Below, piece after piece: positions 1 through 11,569 of a stretch of DNA of 64,000 nt. Location of the stretch: the NCBI GenBank assembly GCA_023213395.1, contig CM041465.1, positions 137,213,741-137,277,740 on the forward strand. The letters run 5' to 3'. The notes beneath the pieces are model-generated. The model did no database searches, had not been told where the DNA came from, and saw only the letters and a list, made by a program, of their open reading frames with translations. How positions within the stretch are numbered: the stretch's first letter is position 1; every line of letters begins with the position of its first letter. The stretch is from Cycas panzhihuaensis (Eukaryota; Plantae; Cycadophyta). A program made the position numbers and the translations under genes.

Positions 1-269
1 TCTTGCCTCTGCAGGTAGTTTAGCGTTAGTGTTTTCGGTTGGGCAACCCCAGCGTGCCGCGCTTAAGCTTTTCTTCTTTTCCTTTTCATTTTCTAACAAG
101 CGCTTGCCGGGCGGAAAAGATTTGCATGCGGCGTTCTCGCGTAAACGCTTGCGGGTTTTCTTGTTGTTAGAAAGACCAGTAAATCTCGTTCCCTTAAAAG
201 TCGAAGTCCGAACCCCAGGGATTCAACAATGGAAGGTTGCCTGGGTCCGATTGGGCCTCACCGGGTCAC

Positions 270-3200
270 CATGACTTGAGGAACTCGAGGTTCCCTTCAA
301 GCCAAGGAATCAGCCCATGAGGGGTGATGATTCCATCTACTACCGGATGACAATTTCCACCTGATGACTTTCGGCCTTGGCTCATGCGGCGGAAGATTCG
401 CGACCCCTCACCGAGACTCGCCACCCCTTGGGTGAGCCTTCGAGGCGCCCGAGAAGGATCCCCTACTTTCGAAGCCCTTTGACTTACTCGTATGGCTATG
501 AGGATACCCCTCCCGTAAGGCTTGGTCCAGGCGCTTAGCGAGTACTGACTGACGGCTCGCTTGGCCGGCCGGCCAAGATGGTTTGCCGCTGAAATGTTAG
601 CATAGCGTAGCATCTTCTGCGTCCATGCTGCAAGTCATCTGCATACACAACGATCGGCGCTTACGCGCACACTCGTCTATCTTGGTGTCTACCGGCTCCC
701 GGGGTGAAGTGTTGTCCACTTCGATCTCGATCGTGGTCGTCTTGGGACTTTCGTTAGGTAGGCGTGTCTTTTTCCCCAACTCGGGGTTAGCATGCCATGT
801 CGAGAGCCAAACTTACATCGCGCATACCGCTTGAGCGTGGCACATCGTTCTAATGGGCCTCGAGGTCCTCTTGGTCACCGCCGTAGATTGGGTATGTGGG
901 ACCCGGCTCCTACATGCATTCCTAGCTCGGTGGTGGTCCTTCCCTTCACGTTGCCCCGAGGTTACACATCTCAACCTTGGGGCGGGGTGAGGAAACCATC
1001 TCCCAATACATAGGGGTGGACCCGGTTACACCCATATGGGGTTACGCCACCTACGGGTGGCCGTATAGGCAAACATTAGATCCACTTACCCCTCCGTTTA
1101 GTCAAATCTGGCACAACCTGACTCCGTTCTTTGCGACCATCGCAAGGAGCTTGCCTCCTTTCCGAAACATTTACCCATGAGACCCCTTTCCCAGCGAGGT
1201 GTTTCCTCTCGGAGGATGGGCCCAACACCCCGCCATCCATTCCTTTCGCTGGGTTGTCGTCCAGATTACAGCCCAGTGGGACCGTCCCTTCGTGGACTAT
1301 AAGTACGAAACACCATTGTCGTTGAAGTAGCTAAGGACCAACTTCACAGCCTCACCCTCACGATGTTCCCCAAATTAAGGCGTGAACTTCGTCGCGAGAC
1401 CAGACAAGGCATGTGCGCTAATATAGCGGTTTTCCATGGCGTGCACTTCGATTATTGAGCTTACGACCATATCTTGATGAGCTCTTCCGCGGTCCTGCGA
1501 GCGATGCCTTCAAGTGGTTTCACCATAGCCTTCGCCCATTCGATCTCCTCATTCAGCCGATTGGTGGACGAGTTAAATCAACTATTTTGGCGTGCTTAGT
1601 CCATTCAGCGGAATGAAGGCGCTCACATGTCGGCAAACTAAGCCGGTCACGATGGGGAGATGAGCCGGTGACTGACTTTGTGCGGCAGCTTTCATGATCT
1701 TCTTCTAACTCTCACTAAGGCCCGTTGCTGAAGAGTTGAAGCGAGATCTTTCGTCAATCCCGGCGCACTTCACCACGAAGTGCATGTGGAAATCCTCAAG
1801 ATGGGGAGACAACCACGTGTGACTCTGCTGATTGGGTGTTTGGCGTTGGAGGCTATGTGAGATCGGTGGACTCGAGAAACCTCCTAAGCCCTACGCCAGC
1901 GTCGCGAGGTGCCTCCCAGCCGAAGAGACCAAACCTTCGCCGACCCGTGAGGTCCACCTCTCACACGGCGAGAGGACCTGGATCCTTACCGCTTAGCTAT
2001 TAGCTCGTTCGAGAGGCTGAGCGATGAAAAGAGTTAAAACTCCAACCTCCTTAAATCGCCAACCTCTCATAAACACATCCGGTGAGACTTCCGTGCGTGC
2101 CCCACAAAGGGTAACACGATCTTCTCAAGCAAGGGGCAATGATCACTCCCCTTGAGAAGAGGTGGTGCTTTCCATCCACCAGGGAGGTGTTTTCATGACG
2201 ATTTGCGTTACGGGCGCGACATCACGTGATGCCCGTATGCTTGGAATTCGTCCCTAGGCGGGCATCGAGGGGCCTAACCTCGATCAACTTCCATTCATAG
2301 AAACTTGGTTCCCCAAACACGAGGCGTCCGTAGTGATGTTGACGAAGGCGATGCGAGTAGAATCGGGACGGATCTCCCGTCCCAGCCCGCTGCTGCATTG
2401 GTATTGGGGAAGAGCGTCCCAGAGGTCACCTTCCCTTGCCCGCGATCCCCTGGCAGCCGCGCTCCATCACCTTCACGGTCCGTATGAGGAAAGAAGGTGA
2501 TCAAATGCTCGAGACCACTCCTCTTTGCTTGGCTTTTAACTTGGGTCTCAAGCGCGAAGGAGGCCCGTGAGTGCCTCGGCAATCCATCCTGTATGACCCG
2601 ATCCCCTCACGGAGGTTGTTCCTCCGGAGATTCTGCACTTCCCGAGAGCATTCTACGTCGCCAGTCGATTCGACTTTTAGGAGAGCCCTTACCTAACCCA
2701 CGGGGAGGGGAGTAAGCCCTTCTCCGTGGTTGAGGAAAAACTTCTTCTTGCATGGGCTGTAGGGATGTCCATCATGGGCGTCTTGAGAAGTTGCCACGGC
2801 AGCAGCTCCTCTTAGAAGCTCTTGGATTGAGTCATGGCGTCTGTTCATGCCTTGGGTACAACCCAATGACGGCGAGCTTGATTATGTCCTTAGCCGATCC
2901 CAGGGATCTTCCTGCGTCTAGCGGAAGGGAACGCCAATGGAACTTCCCTTTCACTATCACGATAGATACTCCCGATTGCACATTGCGAAGAACTATAAGT
3001 GGACAACGGTTCTTCAGGTCAGGCGCCATGCCCTTCTGCGGCGTTATGCAGGGAAGCTTAGCATTTCGCCTTGGAACTTGGTTCCATGGTATTGTGTCAG
3101 ACGAGATTATGGCTGATGCAGGAAGACTCCAGCGGGATACGTCTCGATACCCCTTACTCTCGAGGACAAGACGGCCGTGCGTGCACAGAGCATAAAGTCG

Positions 3201-6200
3201 TCCTTGATGTTGATATGGTCTGACAACTTGCTTACGGGTGCGACCATGGCTGACCCGGATGGGGCCGTTAATGTTCTACGGTTGAGGCGGCTTAAAATTT
3301 GTCCATGTGGACGAATGAAGAAGTTGTCTCCATGACGATAAGCTTCCGCCAAAATGATAGAAGCCTTGCCGACAAGACTGTGACCATACGAAGGGGAAAC
3401 AAGCGCCCTTCCGCAAATTTATAATACCGGCTTGCTCCGCCGGAACTTCCAGATCCCTCTTCTGAGAAGAAGGTCTGCGCCTTCTTCTCCAGCGATCAAC
3501 CAGCGTTTGCCCCCTATTAGCGTCGGCGGTATGGGTATCTCGCGTAGTGTTTGTGACGACTGACGAGTCCAATATAGTATGAGGATGAGGGGCGTCACCT
3601 CACCCGGTTCGTTCCTCGCGCTGGTGTGGGGCATCCTCCTAGATCCCTAGAGTTTCCTCCTGTGACTCCTTTTGTTGTGGAGCTGAACTGGCCACTTTCA
3701 CATGTCACATGACATTGTGCATATTGGGCATCTCGTTCCGAAGCTCTTCCACGGAAGTCACCTTCGGGCAGTGCCAGCGATGTTGAAGTTTCCCTCTTGC
3801 CTTTTTGAGGGACCTCCTTGACTCCTCTCCCAGAGTCTACACGAGGATGATGGGGCGGTTGTCGAGCCATGGGTCTATCGCTCCCATGCTATCCTGCGCC
3901 TGAAATGCACATTAGAAGTCGGGTCATCCATGGGGTGGACGGCTACTTGACGATGAGGCTGGCTGGGTTCTATCCAGGTTCCACACCTGGTTTTGCCTCC
4001 TGGTCACCACTGAGCTTGGCCACGGAAGGTCTTAGCGATTGGGTCCCCCATTGGCAGAAGCCTCGATCCCTCTTAGCTTCCTCCCTTAGGTTGATCTCGC
4101 CCCCCTCCATTCCCGAGGAGGGAATGCCATGTGCATGTGGGGGCAACCCGGGACATGAGTCCTTGCCTGGACAAGGCCATCCAAGGTAGGAGGCAGTGCA
4201 CCCAGAAGCCCAAGTGAAGGGTACACCCTCTGACCGAGAGAATTCCCCATGGATGTTTTGCATGGGATTGCACTCGGATATGAAGGGCATTGACCCCTCC
4301 ATCGTCAGCATAACCTTCGGCCTTTCACGGCGCTTTCGCCCAGGGTGCGTCGGGAAGCGGCGTCCCCCTTCACCCAAAGCTTTCATTCTTGGTGCCGAGA
4401 TTAAGATGGAAGTTGAGAAGCTTCGGAAATGGGGCTCATTTCCTCCATCTGATTACCCCAAGTGGGTATCGAATATTCAATTCACTTCAAGCAGGGACCA
4501 TTAGCATGTAATGTGTGAAACTTTAGCGACATAAACGCTTATCCTAAGGACAAATTTTCCTCTCACCTTCATCGATCCAAATAATCGATGCGGTAGGGTT
4601 CGAGATATATGTCCTTGATGAACTGACCAGCTATAGACTACAACTTGATTCAAATCTCTCTCCAGAAGGCGTCGCCAAGGCGGCCTTCACCCACAGGTGA
4701 GATTGCCTTTGCCTACAAGGCAATGCCGCGCGCTGGTCTTAAAAATCGCGGTGCAGCAGCCGAGAGCCATGCATTTTATCTTTCATGACCTCATCAACAA
4801 CCGCACGATGGAGGTCTTTATGAATGACATGATGGGCCTTTCTGGATTCTAGAGCCCATCACCTTTCGGAAACTTGCTGCGCCATCTTAGCTTAAGATCA
4901 CACTGAGATGAGTACCATGTTAGTTTAAACTAAGCTAAAATGCGTGTTTCATAGTTACCGAGGGCTTGAACCAAACTCCTCGGTTTTCCTCGTGTCTCGT
5001 GAGGAATCCGGATCGATCGGGGAAAAGTCAAAGCGTCCCAACCTTGATATCGCAGCCTTTAGGACCAATAGCGGTCTGCATTAAGTTTCGTTTACTAGCG
5101 GGCTTGGTTTCTTGAGTAGCTTCTTGGCGGAGACTTTGCCATAAATGCCAAGCCTCTGACTGAACCTATTCAAGAAAGGAGCCTCTTTTGTCTAGTCGGG
5201 ACAAGACCCAAAAGGCTTTCGTGGGGCTCGAGGCTCTTGTTTACAGCCCTACGGACATTGGTGCCTCCTCGCTTTGATAGGCCCTTCATCCTATACACCT
5301 CGACATGCAAAGCCAGATCCACACCCGGGCACAATGCTCGCCACGGGAGGGCGATTTGGGGCAGGAGGGGCCGTTCTATTTCATCATCGGTAGCACTCTT
5401 TTGTTGCCATTGCCGAGATTAAACTATCCTCCACGGCCGAAAGGAATGCCTCTCCTTGGTCAGCTGCGACCCCGAAATTTAACGACATTACTTGCTCGAT
5501 AATCTGACCAAGGTGATCGTTCGATCAGATCCCTTGCGTTACTAGACGGATTCCGGTTGGCGAGGGTAGGAGATGGGTCGTTGGGCGAATCTGCTTAGAA
5601 ATTCGACTTGCACAGTCATCGATAGGAAGTCGAAGAGAATGATAATAAGCGAACCGAGTTGGCCGATGGTGCCATTCCCAGCGGCCGGCCATTCCAGTTG
5701 ATGACTCCTTCCGGGGCGAGTTTCATCACTGGCCAGTCGAGGATGTTTCTCCTCACCCTCCATGAGGCGGTGGTGGTGATGCAACGACATTACCAATGGC
5801 CGATACGACCCGGCCAAGAATATCGCCTGAAGCCGGTAAATAAGGTTAGGTGGCGTATCCGGCGCTCTTGCTAGGCAATGACCTCCTCATGGATGAGGCG
5901 GTGTTGTCTGAGAGATCTTCGATGGGATCACTGCTTATTTCGTCACTCGACGGCCGGACCGACATCCTCCACGAATGCCACCACGGCATTTGTGGGAGAC
6001 CATTGGAGGCGAATCACATGGCCCAAAGGATCCTTTCAAGTATGGGCTACTCTTTGGCGAGTCCTTGTTCGAGGATGCTTACATGCTTGTGCCCTTAGAT
6101 GTCGGCGTTGTCGAGAACTGCATGACGTCTCCCATGTACCCTCAGGGCGTTGCACCCTACTCTCGATGTCTCGGTGGCCCTTCTCCCATGGGGTTTAGAC

Positions 6201-7120
6201 CTCATTGGGGAAACTATATCACCACCATCTTAGCACAACATAAATATATACTAAGCACTTGCAGATACTTTACTAAATGGTAATGCAATCCCCCACATCC
6301 ACTAACCACAGCAAGGCAGTAGCCACCTTGCGGTCTACAGGCACATTATCTACCCGTTTCGATTCGGACATCCTAATTCACGGATAATGGAACTCCCTTA
6401 CGTAATAAGGAAATGGATGAATTGTATGAGAAATTCAAAATCTGTACTTTAAAGGCGTCATCCCCTTATTACCCCAAGCCCAGCGGACAAATTGAGATCT
6501 CTTTTCAACAAAACTGCTCGCCGGCATCTTGAAGAAAAGCAGATTTGCCCAGTCCTCGAAAGGGCGGCATATCTAACTCCTTAGCTCTATGGGCTGCAGG
6601 TACCTTTATCCCGGACGACTTCTGGGGATGATTTGCATTCTGGGTTAGTTTACGGAGTGATACTCCCATTGGAAGTGGAATCCCCTTCTCTTGGGTTTCC
6701 CTTGAGGGCCTGCATACAGCGAGAGTCTATTATGCAGGGCTCGCCTCCACGGGACCTCGAAGTACTGGATGAGAAAGCGCTTAGCGGCTTATCAAACAAA
6801 CCTCATGGCGGCGCATTGGCTTGGTTGCGAAAGGACACCCACGACAAAGACGCCTTAGTGCAGGTCCTTTTGTGTCCAGGGGGACCACGATTCCTCAAAT
6901 TGGAGTATCTTTGCGATCGCTTGGCCAAGTTCGAGACCCAAATGGGTGAGGCCCCTTCGTCATTCTCGAAATCTGCGATGTGGCCTTATCTGGATCGCCA
7001 CTTTGGGCGGACTTGGAGATTTGAGAAAGCGGTCAACGGGAAATTCCTTAGAAGTTTATCACGTGATCTTTACGGCGATCCCTTCACCTCGCTCCGAAAT
7101 GAGCCTAAACTACCATTTTA
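270..7120 (+). pseudogene. Degenerate gag-pol of E1 (gag ~270-2700, protease ~2950-3330, RT ~4270-5100, RNase H ~5230-5620, integrase ~5950-7070)
   Basis: Motif remnants across frames: gag DAFKWF (~1500); RT DMKGIDPSIVS...IKMEVEKLRK...DYPKWVSNI; RH LVPPRFDRPFILYT; INT DILHECHHGICG..ANHMAQRIL, LPLEVESPSL, FEKAVNGKFLR. Many frameshifts. Confidence 0.85.
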
Positions 7121-7646
7121 AATTGTTTCCATTCTTCCCAACCACGGGTAGAATGGCGATTTAAAATAGTTTCTTCAGTTTGCTCTTCCGGTTCCTCCGT
7201 GGACCAGCGTTCCCCATATGCTCTTGGGAACCTTTGTCCTATCCCTATTTTGGGCATCCCCCCAGGAAACTAGGGCCATATGTAGATGGGTCGTTACTCT
7301 CCTCTACGCACTTGTTGTTTTCCTTCGCATATTAGCTATGTTCCCACAGTGGGCGTGCATGTCGCCCTATTAATTCTAACCTCACACCTCTCGATCACCC
7401 TCACTCTCACGGTGGATGTGTGCCAATATCCAGTTAGACATATGGCCATACATGGAAGGCCCACGTGCACTGTGATGTTATAAAAATGCATATTTACATA
7501 TTTTTCATCTACGACATATAAACATTTTACGACTTATCTGAAACTCATTCATTTACAAAAGTAAATCATACATGCTATCTCTATCATATGATCCTTTTCA
7601 TTTCATGCTGAAATGGAAGGATTCCGATTATATATATATATATATA

Positions 7647-9704
7647 TCAAAATGTCATAGTACATCGGTGTACATGTGGGAAGGCTGGGATCCTTGTAGG
7701 GGGAGTACAATCACGTGAGCCTACATATTTGGCCCACAGGAGCCCGGCGCTTTCTGTCAAAATCATATATGTATCTCTAGTCTCACTGCTGCTTTGTTCC
7801 GGACCACAGGGTCCCATCTCACAGTGCAATGTGAGTCCCTCTGCAGGGACACACATCCTACTTGAGGAGCTCCTCTGCAGAGCCTCGCATGATTGCCTGC
7901 CTCGCTCTCCCTCGTCTAGAGGCCGGGTCTGAGGATTCGTGGCTCTATATGCATGTCTAGTTCGGCTCTGCTCGACCTCGAGACCATCTGCGCCTTCACC
8001 GGTGGTAGTAAGCGGTTCTGGATCACGATCCCTCTGCGCCTCGGGTCCCTCCTGGATGGCTCTAAACCTCTCCTCCAAATTTGCCTTAAGGCAGGCTCCT
8101 CTGGGACTACTAGGCGAGTCTGCTCCCATCTCCTCAGGTCCACTCTGTGTCTCACAGGCTTCCGGATCCCAGTCCACTTGTGACGACTCATCTAAGCGCT
8201 TGCCACTGGTCCGTATCGAGCTCTCGGCTGCCCGGTTGCCCAGAATGCCATGTACTCCTGGGTCTCTGCAGCCCAGATGTTTCTCGCTCTCACGGTGAGA
8301 GTGACGCTGCATGTAGGCTCCCGCCGATCTAGGCGCATCCTCTGCCTGGATGGGCGGTTGCCCCTCTACGTAGACCTCAGGGAACAACTCCCTCACCATG
8401 GCCTCGACCAGTCTCTGGAGCTCTGCTGCTCCTGTCAATGCAACATGCCGTAATAGGTGTGTACCCTCGATGCATGTAATAAATGAAATCAAAGTCTATC
8501 CGGATGTTGAGCGACTAAGGAAGCGGTTGGGTCTCCTGCAGTGGTAGCCTGTTAGGATCCTCTGCTCAGGCGACATCCTCATCTCACTTTCAGCAGTGCA
8601 TTTCTTGAGTTACCTCATTAAGTACAGGCGTCCTCTGCCTCTGCCCCGTCTCTGGCAGGGACTAGCTCGACCCGCGCCTCTCCGGATCTCCTCACCTTCA
8701 TGGCACGTCCTCACAGTGGCGGCTGCCTTTCGTCTCGGGGAGCTCACGATATATGTGATAGAACTGCCTCTCCTGCGGTCGTGATGGGCGGCCCATCTCC
8801 AAGTCATCGCCATCATCGCCCCCATCGTCATCGTCGTCGTCATATCGGCCGTCGATGGGTGGGTGCTCATTCCTCTGCTCTGTCATCGCTCTCCCTCCTT
8901 TCCACTGTGTGGCTCTGTATGTGGTCGGTCGGGAGTGAGGAGGTCCCGAGTGGTCGTCGTGATCGATGGACATGGGCTGGTCCTCTGTCCCTCAGTGCAG
9001 TGCCACACCATGGACCATTGGGGCCCACCTCAGCTATGGGGAATGGCCCCCTCCTTGGCACAGAGCTCACTTCCATAGAAGTGATAAAAAAAAAAACCCG
9101 ACCTGCTGCGACAGCGTCTTGTGGGAAAATCCTCCTCGGCCGGGTCTCGATGGTATCTGGTTGGGCGGCGAGGTTCGCATAGAGTTGCCCAGTCCATCCT
9201 CTCGTCGGCCTCACCTTTGGCGTCTGCGTCCTGCGTCCACCATCCTCTTGGGATCTCCACAGCAGATTGTTTAGGAGATCAAACAGAATGCATAGTAGAA
9301 TAAGTTTCCTCACAGGAATCACGACATAGTCTTCTGCAGAGGGCTCCCTCGGCTGCCACTGTCTGCCCCAAGTGAGGCACAGCGCCTCTGCATGCGACTG
9401 CCTCGGTCTTGGCGGCGTCCTCGATCTCAGGGTCTCCTGTCATTGGCACCCTAGAATCAAGTGCGATATCTTCTGGGGTGATGGTGATGTCTCTATCTGA
9501 GGCAAGTGAAACACGTGCACTCCCTCACATCCGTGCGACCTTTGACACTATGTCCATAGGAGGCAGATTGATCAATGCGAACTAAGGGGTCTTGAGGGCC
9601 TTGTGCAGTAGCATCTCTTGAGTGTCTGTCCTCCTCTGTCGCCATCTCCGGGTAGCTTTCGGGATGGGCATCTTGGCGTTCTGGTTATCTACCATGATAG
9701 CTGC
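7647..9704 (-). pseudogene. Antisense PMD-domain gene of E1 (frameshifted copy)
   Basis: Fragments IPVRKLILLCILFDLL, ERMDWATL, ANLAAQPDTIE and AELQRLVEAMVRELFPEVYVEGQPPIQA match the E3 copy at 61003-62800. Confidence 0.8.
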
Positions 9705-10343
9705 CTGATCAACAAAGTCAGGTCCCACAGCGGTCGTCTAGGCTCTAGCGGTGTGTCGGTTGTCATTTACGGTTCTTGAGTGCATTTGGCCCTTTTTACC
9801 TTTTACGATTTTTACGTGCGTCTGACTCCAAATTTAAAGTGATCAGCTAAAATTGGAAGCGAGCCTGGCGATCATTCTTCTGCGGCGATCCATGGCCAAG
9901 ATCATGATCTTGATCTTGGCCGCGATCTGCGCCCGGCAAGCAACCCCCCCCAAAAATGGGGTTTTTGGCCTAGAAAATCAAAATTTTTCTGGTGGACCCC
10001 GTGGGGCCCATCGGGACGGTACCCCTAATGCGGGTCGCCTCTTGTCGGGTCCAATTCAGTCTCCGAGAGGCCCTCTAATTACCCATAAGGGGCATAAAAA
10101 GCATTAAAGACTAATTAAAAAGCAATCAACTTTAAACTTTGAAATGACGAGGGTTACGTTAGATCCACTCTTGGATGCGGCGTTATTGCCATCATCCCAT
10201 GATCGTGTAGGCATCTCCTCGCTCAAATTCGACGGTCAGATCGTCTCCTGCGTGCCTCCAAAGTCGGGTAGCGCTCCGCGTCGTAAGGAAAAGGCTCTGG
10301 TTTCGCCGAGTGGTGAAAATGAATCAGGTTTTCATTGTTTTCC

Positions 10344-10350
10344 TTATATA
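10344..10350 (-). promoter_or_regulatory. TATA box candidate for the antisense PMD gene (E1)
   Basis: Minus strand CTATATAAGGAAAACAATGAAAACCTGATTCATTTTCAC. The same context occurs at 19258 (E2) and 60337 (E3). Confidence 0.55.
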
Positions 10351-10765
10351 GCAGGGGCCTGACGGGCACTTCTTGGTTACAGCTCCGTGATAGTCGTTGG
10401 GGCCAGTCTACGTTGCCCGGATAGCCTTTGTCTTGGCCCTATAAGCTCATTGTGCCCCATGGGCGCCCTTTACGCACTCCCTCGGGGAGCATTCATAAGC
10501 GCCTCATTATCGCACTTTGGCATGGCCCTTTTGCACCGTTTGTGCCTTTGCTGCTCGTGCATGCAGAGTTTATACTCGTTTGGCTCGTTTGCGCCCTGGA
10601 CGTTTTCGCGACCCTTGCCACCATACAGGGTCTCAAAATGCTCCCGGTGGGGGGCTGGGGGCATGTTTTCTTAAGCGACCTTTGGCACTCGGTGTCTTTT
10701 CTCCACCCACTCGATCGGTGGTAGGATTACTTGCTCGTTTTGGGTAACCTCATTGCTAGGCCCTC

Positions 10766-11430
10766 CTACCCTTCTCGGCCCCTTCGCGCTTGCCATTCAA
10801 GTTTTTGTGTTGCTTTCACTGCTATTTGTGTTTGTTTACCAGAGCTTAGTATCCAGCCATGTCTCTCCTTGTTTTCATAGATGGTGGAAATCGCAACCGG
10901 GCCTTGGCCATTGCGTGGATTCTTCGTAGTCCTCAGGACCACGATTTCCCAAGGCCACCAATAACGGCCAAGTACACGGCCATTATGAGGCCCACAGGTG
11001 CTCTCCGCTTCCATCGCGGGCCCATTGCGTTGTTTTGCGATTCTCAGGTCGTGGTGTCCCATCTCACCCAGGTTTACCAGGTGCGATGCCCCCACTGAGA
11101 ACCCTCGCGTCTGTGTCTCTTCTAGCTTGTTTCTGCGGTGGATATTGACATATCCTAGGCACCTCAGTGGCGGCGGCGGCCTCATGCCTCATCCTTGAGC
11201 GTCGCCTCCCTCTTCTTGATGACCGCCCCTGAGGCTTGCCTGGCCATCCCATGCCCAAGTCTTCGGTTGCTATTAGTTAGATGTGCTTGGTCCATTTGCT
11301 GGGTGCCCTCCTACTTCACGTTGCACTTGACGGGGCACCCACCTTTTTACTCCGGTTTGACTCGATGTTTAGGCGGCGTGGCGGCCCCTCGTTGTTCGTC
11401 TCGTCTCTCACATCCACGCATTCGCCATGA
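10766..11430 (-). pseudogene. Second antisense orphan ORF of E1 (unknown function)
   Basis: IKKREATLKDEA...LRCLGY...RGFSV...HDLRIA is shared with E2 at ~18160-18850 and preceded by TATATATAAA (11472-11488). Confidence 0.45.
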
Positions 11431-11569
11431 CACTTGCCTACACCCTTGGATCACGTCTTGCTCTTGATTGCTTTTTATATATATATATGCATGTGCTACT
11501 TATGTTTCTTGATTGTCGGTGTCGCCATCATATTGCAACCACGGTAGTGAGGCTCTGCTGCTAAGGCGA

